DNA of 64,000 nucleotides from an uncultured delta proteobacterium (GTDB taxonomy: Bacteria; Desulfobacterota; Binatia; UBA9968): NCBI GenBank assembly GCA_963755715.1, contig CAVWLW010000024.1, positions 96,001 through 160,000 of the forward strand, in the 5' to 3' direction. Below are positions 46,506-57,225 of the stretch, in pieces. The notes beneath the pieces were generated by a model, which did no database searches, had not been told where the DNA came from, and was given only the letters and a program-made list of their open reading frames with translations. The stretch's first letter is position 1. Each line of letters opens with the position of its first letter. The position numbers and the translations under genes are program-made.

Positions 46506-47423
46506 GTGATTACACGACGCGAAGCGCTGGCGGCATTGGGTAAAACCTCGCTGGCGCTTTTTTTTGTCGATTCAATTTTTCGCGGCGCCGGGACGGCCGC
46601 TGAAGGGACTGCTATGGCGACACCGGATTTCATCGGAAAGTTCACGGCTAACAACCCAGGCATCATGACTTTGCAGGGAACCAACCAGTATATCGTCGGC
46701 AAAGAGACCGGCCTGGTTATCGACGTCGCGCTGAGCGAAGATTCGAACATGGACGGCATCATCGAACAGGCCGAGGCGATGGGCGTCAAAAAGATCGACC
46801 AGATATTGCTCACCCACATTCACAGCGACCATTGCAGCGGCGCGCTGGCGCTGCGCAAACGGTGCGGCGCCAAGCTCGGCATTCATCGCTCGCGTAAGGG
46901 CTATCTCGGCGGTGAAGACTTTCAGTACGACGACAATGACCGGATTTCTTTTGGCGACGGCGAGCTCCACGTGCTGCACACGCCGGGCCATGAGTCCGGT
47001 CACTGCTGTTTCTACGAAGGCGGCGATAAGGTGCTGTTCAGCGGCGACAATATCCTCGGCTACGGCACTGCGGTGATTCATCCGCCCGACGGCAACATGA
47101 CCGATTATATGAAAACGCTCGAGCGGCTGCTCGGATTCGACATCAGCCTGATCCTGCCGGGCCACGGCCCGCTCATCGGCAAACCCGAAGCGAAGATTCG
47201 CGAGTACATCAAACACCGCATCGAGCGCGAGCAGCAGGTGTTGGCCGCGCTGCGCAGCGGGAAAAACACGACCGGCGATATCACGCAAATGATTTATGTC
47301 GACGTATCGGCCGCGCTCCAACGGGTGGCCGAGTTCTCCGTGCTGGCGCATCTGGAAAAACTGGTGCGCGAAGGCCGGGTCAAGAAAGAAGGCAGCCGTT
47401 ACCTGCTCATCAGCGAAAATTGA
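46506..47423 (+). CDS. MBL-fold hydrolase (LACTB2-like) with C-terminal winged helix; start at 46506 or 46614
   Basis: NPGIMTLQGTN, THIHSDH, HTPGH, SGDNILG, PGHGP, AHLEKLVREGRV. Confidence 0.88.
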   Translation: MITRREALAALGKTSLALFFVDSIFRGAGTAAEGTAMATPDFIGKFTANNPGIMTLQGTNQYIVGKETGLVIDVALSEDSNMDGIIEQAEAMGVKKIDQILLTHIHSDHCSGALALRKRCGAKLGIHRSRKGYLGGEDFQYDDNDRISFGDGELHVLHTPGHESGHCCFYEGGDKVLFSGDNILGYGTAVIHPPDGNMTDYMKTLERLLGFDISLILPGHGPLIGKPEAKIREYIKHRIEREQQVLAALRSGKNTTGDITQMIYVDVSAALQRVAEFSVLAHLEKLVREGRVKKEGSRYLLISEN

Positions 47424-48792
47424 CCGGCCGCCATGCCGATTCGAAGCGAACGGCCGCCGGTTCCGCTTCGATCTCTAAATCCCTCCAAGCCTCTTCGGCA
47501 AGCTCGGTGGCGCGGTTTGCCGTTGCGCTCTGTACAACCAGTACGACGGGCCCGCGCGCCTGCAGCAACCAGGCGCGCCCGTCTCGCGCCATGCCGATAA
47601 GCGCGAGGTCTTTGGCTTGCGCCACCCGATCGAAACGTAGTCGTTGCCGGCTCTCGATGACTTTTTGGTACGCTCGGACAAATTCTTCAGCAGCCGTTTC
47701 TCCGCCCCAGGCACTGAACCAAAAAGTATTGAGATCGGCGTCGTTCTGAAACGAGAAAAGTTGGTCACCGCGCCATTTCGCCGCCGTGTCGGCCGCATAT
47801 TTTTGCGCATGCTCGCCCTCGAGCAGGGTGCGAATCGACAATTCGCCGATGCTGTCTTCGACCAGCGAATTCGTCCTTAGCCGGCGTAGCAACGCTGCCG
47901 GAAAAAAATGCGTTAGAGGGTTGCGCTCGATAAAATATTTTTCTGGGTGAAGCACTTGCGCCGTTGTGTGCGGCGGATCGGCGTAGAGCGCGTCGACGCC
48001 TTGCCAGCCCTTGGCTGCCAACGCCCAGTAAACGAATTGTCCACCTTCGCGGTAGGGAAAGCTGGCCTGTTGGCGTAGGAAGTCCGGTAGATGCGACGCC
48101 AACTGATCGACTGCGGCGGCGATTTGCTGCAGGGCGGCTAAGTTTGCCGGCGCGAGCTTTTCTCCCGCGCCGCGGCTCACCGCCGTAAGCAACGCATCTC
48201 CCGTCGCCACCGCGCGCAGAGCCGTACGGCGATCATCGAAGGCGCTGGAGTTCATTCTTTCGCGCCAATTGAAGTGACGTTCTTGCAAGGCGCGCATGAC
48301 GCCGATGACGGCGGGCAGTTCATGAGCGGCGGAAGGGTTGCTCGTCTCCAACGGTGCGGCGAGACGCGCGGCGTTGGCCGATAGGATGACTAGGTCTTTT
48401 GGTCCGTCGTAACTGATTAGTTCGACAATTTTTAGGTATTCCGCTAAAGCAGTGCTGAAATCGACGTGATTCGGCAATAAGCCGATCGCTTTGTAGGCGT
48501 GTTCGAGTTGCGCCGGATACGGCACGTTTATGGGAGATGGAAAAACAGTTTGCCCTGTCTCCATTCCGCCAGGTTGGATTTGCAGGCGAATGGGCCGAGC
48601 GAGCGGTAATTGGCGCCACTCAGCCACGCTCCTGGTCAATTCCCTGAATGCATCGGGCGACGGGGCAGGGAACGGTTTTGGCTCCGGTGATAAGCAACCG
48701 GTTAGCGTGATGAAAAGAAACAGCAATCGGCACGGAGAGATGAGCAGACGAGGCAACGTTGCCGGAAGTTTTAACCGAATCGCTTCATCCAC
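47410..48792 (-). CDS. Lipoprotein of a zinc-metallopeptidase-like family with degenerate metal site
   Basis: Lipobox LTGC; FPYREGGQFV, PPHTTAQVLHPEKY, GELSIR, AAKWRGD. Confidence 0.65.
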   Translation of the reverse strand: MDEAIRLKLPATLPRLLISPCRLLFLFITLTGCLSPEPKPFPAPSPDAFRELTRSVAEWRQLPLARPIRLQIQPGGMETGQTVFPSPINVPYPAQLEHAYKAIGLLPNHVDFSTALAEYLKIVELISYDGPKDLVILSANAARLAAPLETSNPSAAHELPAVIGVMRALQERHFNWRERMNSSAFDDRRTALRAVATGDALLTAVSRGAGEKLAPANLAALQQIAAAVDQLASHLPDFLRQQASFPYREGGQFVYWALAAKGWQGVDALYADPPHTTAQVLHPEKYFIERNPLTHFFPAALLRRLRTNSLVEDSIGELSIRTLLEGEHAQKYAADTAAKWRGDQLFSFQNDADLNTFWFSAWGGETAAEEFVRAYQKVIESRQRLRFDRVAQAKDLALIGMARDGRAWLLQARGPVVLVVQSATANRATELAEEAWRDLEIEAEPAAVRFESAWRPVNFR

Positions 48793-49494
48793 CTATTTCT
48801 CCATGACGATGACCGAGTAACCGGCTTGGACGACCTGGCGCGCACGCGCTTCCGCGTCGGCGCGATTTGTAAAGGTGCCGAGTTGCACTCGGTAGTAGGT
48901 GGTGTCTTTCGACTGCAGTGGCGCGATGCCCACGTCGGTGAAGGAATTGGCGACACGATCGCGCAACTGTTGGGCGTTTTCCAGTTGGGAAAAAGAGCCG
49001 AGTTGCAGCGTGTAATCGAGCGAAGCACGAATCGCTTGCAGTGGCGTCGGGCTGTCGATGATGTCGACGCGAACTAGCGCCGTTCCGGGTCCAATCATAT
49101 GGATGGCCTCGGCGGCGCTGTAGGAAAGATCGATGATGCGGTTCTTGGCAAAAGGTCCGCGATCGTTGATCGTCACTTCGGTGGCGCTGCCGGTTTCCAG
49201 GTTGGTGACCATGACCCGCGTGCCGAGGGGAAGCGTTTGGTGCGCCCCAGTGAGATCGTACTGATTATAGATGGCGCCGCTCGTGGTTGCTTTGCCGTGA
49301 AAGCCGGGACCGTACCAGGAAGCGATACCGACTTGGCTAAGGCGCGCCTCGGGCGGCGGTGTTACGCGGACTTTGGCCGGCGGCACGGCGCAGCCGAACA
49401 TGACTACGAGAAAAAACAGACAGGGGATAGTCGCGTGGTAGAGCATTGAGCCAGCGCCGATCACGTCGGATTTTTCCAAGTCTGCATGCGTCAT
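48793..49494 (-). CDS. rlpA: Septal ring lytic transglycosylase with SPOR domain (start uncertain)
   Basis: GIASWYGPGFHG, AHQTLPLG, INDRGPF, IIDLS; SPOR LQLGSF...YRVQLG. Confidence 0.93.
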   Translation of the reverse strand: MTHADLEKSDVIGAGSMLYHATIPCLFFLVVMFGCAVPPAKVRVTPPPEARLSQVGIASWYGPGFHGKATTSGAIYNQYDLTGAHQTLPLGTRVMVTNLETGSATEVTINDRGPFAKNRIIDLSYSAAEAIHMIGPGTALVRVDIIDSPTPLQAIRASLDYTLQLGSFSQLENAQQLRDRVANSFTDVGIAPLQSKDTTYYRVQLGTFTNRADAEARARQVVQAGYSVIVMEK

Positions 49495-49735
49495 TGTTTT
49501 GGAATATAACCGAAAGCGTCGCGAGAAAAAAGTATTTTTCGCTCAAGAGCATTCGCGAACGAAAGGGGTGGATGCTATTGGCGATTCGACGCCGTGGCGC
49601 GCCGCCGAAGATGGGCCATCCCTTATGGTCGGCGTGCCCGATGATCCGCTTGCGCCATGTTCTGCGTTGGCGCGCGGTTTACCCGCCGTGGCGATTATGC
49701 TAGTTTAACTGCGATTTTGAAGGGAAGGTTTATTT

Positions 49736-50482
49736 ATGTCGGGTCATTCGAAGTGGAGCACGATTAAGCATAAAAAGGCCGCGAAGGACGCCAAGAAGGG
49801 CAAGATCTTCACCAAGCTTATCAAGGAAATCACGGTGGCAGCGCGCATGGGCGGTGGCGACATCAATGCCAATCCGCGGCTGCGCACGGCGGTTTTAACC
49901 GCGCGCAGCAACAGCATGCCGAGTGACAACATCGATCGCGCCATTAAGAAGGGTACAGGTGAGCTCGAAGGCGTGACCTACGAAGAAATTCAATACGAGG
50001 GCTACGGCCCCGGCGGCGCGGCGATTATCGCGCAGGTTTTGACCGACAACAAAAATCGCACCGTTTCCGAGATTCGCCGGCTCTTTGCCAAACATGGCGG
50101 TAATTTAGGCGAGACCGGCTGCGTCTCTTGGATGTTCGATAAGAAGGGCTTGATCGCCATCGAGAAAGCCCAAGTCGACGAAGACCGCTTGATGAGTATC
50201 GTGCTTGACGCCGGCGCGGAAGATGTGCGCGATGAGGACGAAATATTCGAAGTGGTGACGACCCCGGAAGATTTCGCCGCGGTCAAAGACCGTTTGGATC
50301 AGGAAAAAATCGCCGCGGCGAGCGCACAGGTGACCCTGGTGCCGAAAAACAGCGTCGATGTTGACGCCAAGCATGTCGAGCAGATCCTGAAACTCACCGA
50401 AGAACTGGAAGATCATGATGACGTTCAGAGCGTCTCTGCGAATTTCAATATTCCCACCGAGCTGATGGAGAAGGCGAGCTAA
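49736..50482 (+). CDS. yebC: YebC/PmpR family protein
   Basis: [29 protein letters not shown]. Confidence 0.97.
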   Translation: MSGHSKWSTIKHKKAAKDAKKGKIFTKLIKEITVAARMGGGDINANPRLRTAVLTARSNSMPSDNIDRAIKKGTGELEGVTYEEIQYEGYGPGGAAIIAQVLTDNKNRTVSEIRRLFAKHGGNLGETGCVSWMFDKKGLIAIEKAQVDEDRLMSIVLDAGAEDVRDEDEIFEVVTTPEDFAAVKDRLDQEKIAAASAQVTLVPKNSVDVDAKHVEQILKLTEELEDHDDVQSVSANFNIPTELMEKAS

Positions 50483-50486
50483 GCTC

Positions 50487-51077
50487 GTGGCGCCCCTGTC
50501 AAAGAGCGGCGCCGGCCGGCCCCATCGTGAAATCATTCTTGGCATCGATCCAGGATCCATCCATACGGGCTGGGGACTGATCGAGACCGCCGGTAACGCG
50601 CTCCGCCACGTTGCGCATGGCACCGTCAGCCCCGCCAATTCGATCGCTCTGGGGGCGCGTTTGAGCGAGATCTATCGCGGCCTGCAAGAGATCATGGACC
50701 GGTATCAGCCCGCCACGGTAAGCATCGAAAAGGTTTTTTTTTCGCGTAACGTGCAAAGCGCTCTCAAGCTCGGTCAGGCGCGCGGCGTGGCTTTGCTGGC
50801 GGCGGCGCAAAATCAAGTAAGCCTGGCCGAGTACTCGGCCGCGGAAATAAAGGTCGCCGTGGTTGGCTATGGCCAGGCGACCAAAGAACAGGTGCAAAAA
50901 ATGGTCAACGTGCTGCTCGGTTTACGCGGTCCGATGCGGGCCGACGCGGCTGATGCGCTGGCGGTGGCGATTTGCCACATTCATCGGCGGACATTTCAGA
51001 ACTTGGTGGTTCAGTCGTTAAACGGGCGGGCCAAAGCAGCCAGTTGGCGCAACTATCTCGACACGCCGCGCCGCTGA
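50487..51077 (+). CDS. ruvC: Holliday junction resolvase
   Basis: ILGIDPG, IEKVFF, LGQARGV, DAADALAVAICH. Confidence 0.96.
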   Translation: MAPLSKSGAGRPHREIILGIDPGSIHTGWGLIETAGNALRHVAHGTVSPANSIALGARLSEIYRGLQEIMDRYQPATVSIEKVFFSRNVQSALKLGQARGVALLAAAQNQVSLAEYSAAEIKVAVVGYGQATKEQVQKMVNVLLGLRGPMRADAADALAVAICHIHRRTFQNLVVQSLNGRAKAASWRNYLDTPRR

Positions 51078-51122
51078 GGGTTGCGATGAAAGACGTTCGG
51101 TTGGCGCATTCGAAATCCCGAC

Positions 51123-51716
51123 GTGATCGCGCAAATTAGCGGCACTTTAGCCCAGAAGATTCCCGGCGAAGTCATCGTCGACGTCGGCGGCGTGGGCTAT
51201 CAGGTATTGATTCCGCTAAACGTTTTTTATCAGTTACCGGAAATCGGCGCACCGCTCAGCTTACAGATTCACACCCATGTGCGCGAAGACGCGTTGCAGC
51301 TTTTCGGTTTTCAAGACTTCGCCGAAAAGCAGATGTTTTTGCTGTTGATCAATGTGTCCGGTATTGGGCCGAAATTAGCCATCAATATTTTATCCGGCAT
51401 CGCGGCGACGGAATTGAAACGCGCCTTGAGAGAGGGCGATCAGAGTCGTCTAGTCGCGATTCCAGGGGTCGGCCGCAAACTGGCGGAGCGTCTGATCGTC
51501 GAGCTAAAGGATCGGATTGCTGCTCTGGCGCCAAGCGCCACTGAGAGCGCGAGGCTCGAAGGGGGCTCGCAAATTTTACTCGATGCGGTATCGGCGCTGG
51601 TCAATCTGGGATATAAAAGACCCGACGCCGAAAAAATGGTCCGCGAGGTTCTCAAGCGCGGCGAGCAATCCTTGGAAACCGTATTGAAGGAAAGCCTGCG
51701 GCATTTGAGTCCGTGA
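51123..51716 (+). CDS. ruvA: Holliday junction branch migration protein
   Basis: [30 protein letters not shown]. Confidence 0.96.
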   Translation: MIAQISGTLAQKIPGEVIVDVGGVGYQVLIPLNVFYQLPEIGAPLSLQIHTHVREDALQLFGFQDFAEKQMFLLLINVSGIGPKLAINILSGIAATELKRALREGDQSRLVAIPGVGRKLAERLIVELKDRIAALAPSATESARLEGGSQILLDAVSALVNLGYKRPDAEKMVREVLKRGEQSLETVLKESLRHLSP

Positions 51717-51750
51717 TGGGTTCGATGATCGACGATGCCATTTTACTACC

Positions 51751-52776
<1,026 letters not shown>

Positions 52777-52821
52777 TGGTCTTGAGGCCGTGGCTCGCAA
52801 ACTGATGCAAGTGGTAGGCTC

Positions 52822-53034
52822 ATGGATGGATTTGGCAAGACGCTGATCTATCTCGGATTGCTGTTGGTGATCGTCGGAGTGATCTTTACACTAGCCGGCA
52901 AGGTGCCCTGGTTCGGACATCTGCCGGGCGACATTTCCATTCAAAAAGAACGCTTTACGTTCTATTTTCCGATCACCACTTGTATCGTGATCAGCATCAT
53001 CATTTCGCTTGTCCTTTATTTTTTTCGCAGGTAG
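52822..53034 (+). CDS. DUF2905 small membrane protein
   Basis: GHLPGDI...FYFPITTCI; usual position after ruvB. Confidence 0.88.
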   Translation: MDGFGKTLIYLGLLLVIVGVIFTLAGKVPWFGHLPGDISIQKERFTFYFPITTCIVISIIISLVLYFFRR

Positions 53035-53078
53035 AATTTTTTCAATCCGCTACGCCTCGAATCAGGGACCGAATCCGA

Positions 53079-55308
53079 ATGGAAGCAGCGAATCCGACAA
53101 AATTCGTCGAAGAAAGCCTCAAAGTCGAGGAGGCCAAACGGCGGCGCCGCGAAGGAATCGTCATTCTCATCACGGCTTTGATGGTCGCCGCGCTGATTTT
53201 TTTCGAAGTTCAACTGCCCGACGTCACACCGGAATATTCATTAGGAAGCAACATCGTTTTTTTTCTGCTGATCAACGTCAATATTATTTTGCTCGGCTTG
53301 CTGGTTTTTTTAGTCGTGCGCAACCTCGTCAAGCTGGTCGTCGAGCGCAGACGCCACATGCTGGGGGCCCGTCTGCAAGCGCGGCTGGTTTTGGCTTTTG
53401 TCGGACTTTCGCTCGTTCCCAGCGTATTACTTTTCATCATTGCCGGTGGTTTGCTGCGGCGCTCAGTGGATCGCTGGTTCGATTCTAAAGTCGAGAGCGC
53501 GCTGCAAGGTTCGTTGGAAATCGGTCAGACCTATTACCAAAATTCCGCCAACAATGCGCTTTTTTATGCGCGCCAGCTTAGCGATCAGGATCACCGCGGA
53601 AGGGCTCGTCGATCCGTCGCGACTTGCCGAGCTGAAAAAGTTCGTCGAAGCCAAGCAGCGCGAATACAACCTCGGCACGGTCGAGCTTTTTTCACCCGAC
53701 GGCCAGCCGTTCGTCGTCGCCTTCAATCAGCAAGTGCCGACGGGCGTCACGATTAAACCGGAAAGCGAGTTTCTGAACCGGGCGCTGCGCGGCCTCGAGG
53801 TGACGCGCACGCAAGCTTTCGGCGAGGGCGACGTGATTCGCGGCGGCGTACCGATTTACGCGCGCGACAAGCGTATTCTCGGCGTGGTCGTCGTCGATTA
53901 TTATGTGCCGAAAAGCATTTCGAAACGGGCGATTCAAATATCCCAGTCCTATGAACAATACAAATATTTGACGTTTCTAAAAGCGCCGGTCAAAAATAGC
54001 TACCTCCTGACCATGCTTTTGATCACGCTTGTGATCATTTTCGCGGCTACTTGGTGCGGCATCTATCTATCCAAAGGAATCACGGTGCCGATTCAAAAAC
54101 TCGCCGAGGGGACGCATCAGGTCGCCCTGGGAAACTGGGATTATAAAATCGAGGCGGGCGGCGACGACGAAATCGGCGTGTTGATGAATTCTTTCAATCA
54201 AATGACCGGAGATCTGAAGCAAATCAAGCTCGAGCTCGAACGGCGCGGCAAAGTGGTGCAAACCCTCATGGCGAATATCGCGGCCGGAGTGGTATCGATC
54301 GACCCGTCCGGCAAGGTTACGACCTGGAACAAAGCCGCCGAGCAGTTGCTCGGAGTGGCGGCGGAGCGTGCCTTGGGAAAATCCTACGCCGAGGTTTTTC
54401 GCGCCGAGCCCTTGCGCGGCATTCGCGAGATCGTCGACAGCGTCAAGGGCGGCGAGAGCATCGAGCGGGAAATCAAGCTTTCCCTACAAGAGCAATTGCG
54501 CAGCGTGGTGCTGAGCGCCGCGACGCTGCACGATGACGACGGCTCGATTCTCGGCATCATGCTTTTTCTCGAGGACATCACGCAGATTCAAAGAGTTCAG
54601 AGGATGGAGGCTTGGCGCGAGGTCGCTCGCCGTATCGCCCACGAAATTAAAAATCCCTTGACGCCGATCCAGTTGTCGGCGCAGCGCTTGCGCAAGCGCT
54701 ACGCGAATATCCTGGAAGAGGACGGCGGGATCTTGGACAAGTGCACGACGACGATCATCCAGCAGGTCGACGAGCTCAAGAACTTGGTCAACGAATTTTC
54801 CCAGTTCGCGCGCCTGCCGTCGGCGCGACCGATGCCCAATGACTTAAATCAGATCGTCAACGAAGCGCTGGTGCTTTTCAAGGAAGGACATCACGGCATC
54901 CAGTTTCAATTCGGCGCTGGAGATCTGCCGCCTGTGGAGCTCGACCGCGACCAGATGAAACGGGTGCTGATGAATCTGCTCGACAACGCGGTCGCCGCGG
55001 TCGAGGGGCGGGGGGAGATCAAGCTCGCGACCAGTTACGAGCGCGCCCGCGGCATGGTAACGCTGGAAGTGGCGGACAACGGCTGCGGCCTTGCGCCTGA
55101 ACTCAGAACAAAGATTTTCGAGCCCTATTTTTCTACCAAAGAAAACGGCACGGGTTTGGGATTGACGATTGTCAGCCAGATCGTTGAAGATCATCGCGGC
55201 TATATTCGCGCCTGGCCCAACGATCCGCAGGGAACTCGCATCACCATCGAGTTGCCGGCGCACCGCGACGCAGGGGTTCAGATTTTGGCGAAAAGTGCGG
55301 TACACTAG
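53079..55308 (+). CDS. ntrY: NtrY-like HAMP/PAS sensor histidine kinase (frameshift near 53590)
   Basis: SVDRWF, HAMP DEIGVLMNSFNQMT, AWREVARRIAHEIKNPLTPIQLSAQRL, GTGLGL. Confidence 0.88.
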
Positions 55309-55342
55309 GAAAAGTCGAGAGGACGGGGTGGAAGAACTGGCG

Positions 55343-55786
55343 ATGCCCAAAACAATTTTAGTGGTCGACGATGAGGACGGCGTGCGCGATTCGGTGCGCG
55401 AAGTCTTGAACGACGAAGGTTACCGGGTGGTCGACACGGCGGACGGCACCCGGGTCCTCGACATCATCAAAAGCGAACGGCCCGACCTCGTTCTGCTCGA
55501 CATCTGGATGCCGCAGATAGACGGTATCGGCTTGCTTAAAGAGATCAAGATCCAAGAGCCCGACATCAACGTCGTAATGGTTTCCGGTCACGGCAATATT
55601 CATACCGCCGTTACCGCGACCAAATTCGGCGCCTTCGATTTCATCGAGAAGCCGGTGTCCTTGGACGGGCTCTTGCTGACGGTGCAGCGCGCGCTGGGCG
55701 AACTGCCTCGCGCCACCGGGCCGGAGCAAAACGGCGGTCGAAGCCGGAAAGCGCGCTCGGCAAGGGCAACGGCTGCGCGCCGTTGA
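55343..55786 (+). CDS. NtrX-like receiver domain without output domain; probably the N-terminus of a REC-LpxC fusion
   Basis: ILVVDDE, LLDIWMP, SGHGNIHTAV, GAFDFIEKP; stop overlaps the lpxC frame (TTGA). Confidence 0.85.
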   Translation: MPKTILVVDDEDGVRDSVREVLNDEGYRVVDTADGTRVLDIIKSERPDLVLLDIWMPQIDGIGLLKEIKIQEPDINVVMVSGHGNIHTAVTATKFGAFDFIEKPVSLDGLLLTVQRALGELPRATGPEQNGGRSRKARSARATAARR

Positions 55787-56631
55787 GCGCCGCCGGTGCG
55801 CAAACGATCAAACAGCGAACTTTGAAAAAGAGCGTGGTGCTTTCCGGCCAGGGGCTTCATTCCGGGGTAAAAACCGGCTTGATTCTCCATCCGCTGCCGG
55901 CTAACAGCGGCATATTATTTACCGGGATTTCCGGCGACGTGACCGTTCCGGCCCATCTCGATTACGTCGGCTCGACGGGCTACGCGACTTCGTTGCGCTC
56001 GAAAGGATTTGCCGTCGGCACCGTTGAACACTTTCTCGCCGTCCTGCACAGCTACGGTGTCACCAATTTGCTCGCCAAGGTACAAAGTGAGGTGCCGATC
56101 ATGGATGGGTCGGCGGAAGAGTTTTGCCAGGCCCTCGAAGAGGCCGGCATCGAAGAGCAAGCCGGAGAGTGTTTGGAAATCGTCATTGATCGGCCTTACG
56201 AGGTCCGCGCTAAGGGTGAAGAGGCAATTCGCATCGAGCCCGCCGATACATTTTCCGTGCACTATGTTTTGCGCTATCCCGAACCGGTGGGCGAGCAGGA
56301 ACACCGCTACACCTATCTCGGTCCGGAGACGTTCAAGGCGGAGATCGCGCCAGCGCGGACCTTTGGTTTCTTGCGCGACATCGAAAAACTCCAGACCATG
56401 GGACTGGTCGGCGGCGGCAAGCTCAACAATTGCATCATCATCGGCGACGATAAGATCCTCAATACCGAGTTGCGCTTCGCCGACGAGTTCGCTCGCCACA
56501 AGATCCTCGATATCCTCGGCGATCTTTACCTGCTCGGGAGACCGATGCGAGGGGCGGTATCCGCCGTTATGACCGGGCATTCGGACAATATCGCTTTGTT
56601 GCGACAGATCCGCGAAGGCATGAACCTCTAA
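55783..56631 (+). CDS. lpxC: UDP-3-O-acyl-N-acetylglucosamine deacetylase
   Basis: KQRTLKK..GQGLHSG, TVEH, EVPIMDGS, APARTFGF, RHKILD.LGDLYLLG, GH. Confidence 0.95.
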   Translation: MSAAGAQTIKQRTLKKSVVLSGQGLHSGVKTGLILHPLPANSGILFTGISGDVTVPAHLDYVGSTGYATSLRSKGFAVGTVEHFLAVLHSYGVTNLLAKVQSEVPIMDGSAEEFCQALEEAGIEEQAGECLEIVIDRPYEVRAKGEEAIRIEPADTFSVHYVLRYPEPVGEQEHRYTYLGPETFKAEIAPARTFGFLRDIEKLQTMGLVGGGKLNNCIIIGDDKILNTELRFADEFARHKILDILGDLYLLGRPMRGAVSAVMTGHSDNIALLRQIREGMNL

Positions 56632-56700
56632 GCGCAAGCCGGAGGTTACAAAAGAATCGCCGTTACTTTTCTCGGATCCGCGTCGACACAAGGTTTACTA

Positions 56701-57150
56701 ATGGAATCCCAGGCCAATTTTCCACGACTTTTCACCGTCATCGAGGCGAACGACCTGCTGCCGAAGCTTCGACCGTTGGTCGAGCAGGTTCTCGAAAATA
56801 TTCGCCGTTTAAAGGGCGCCAGCGAATCGGTGATTCGCCGAGAGGGACTCGATCCGGAAGCGCCGAACCTGATGAATCGGCTGCGCGACGACGGCGAGAT
56901 CGCAAAGTTGATTGGCCAGGTAAAAGGCTGCGTCGATGAGATCAATGGCTATGGATGCATTTGTAAAGGCGTGGAGCAGGGATTGATCGACTTTCCTTGT
57001 CTGCTCGGCGCGGAAGTGGTCTTCCTCTGTTGGCAAATCGGCGAGCCCAGCATCGGTTATTGGCACCGAATCGAAGACGGCTTTGCCGGCCGCAAGCCTC
57101 TGCTGGACGACGAAACCTCAGATCCCAACGATAAAATGTCCTATCACTGA
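56701..57150 (+). CDS. DUF2203 family protein
   Basis: FTVIEANDLLP, GLIDFP, LCWQIGE, YWH..DGFAGRKPL. Confidence 0.88.
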   Translation: MESQANFPRLFTVIEANDLLPKLRPLVEQVLENIRRLKGASESVIRREGLDPEAPNLMNRLRDDGEIAKLIGQVKGCVDEINGYGCICKGVEQGLIDFPCLLGAEVVFLCWQIGEPSIGYWHRIEDGFAGRKPLLDDETSDPNDKMSYH

Positions 57151-57225
57151 GCGTGTCGAAAATACCGTCAAGTTCGTCCGACTGGTTGATACTATTTTGC
57201 TCTATTCGAATAAATCGAGGCGATC

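Noticed and set aside
49596-49638. GC-rich hairpin between rlpA and yebC as an ncRNA
   Set aside because: Single imperfect stem in GC-rich DNA with no recognisable RNA family motif.
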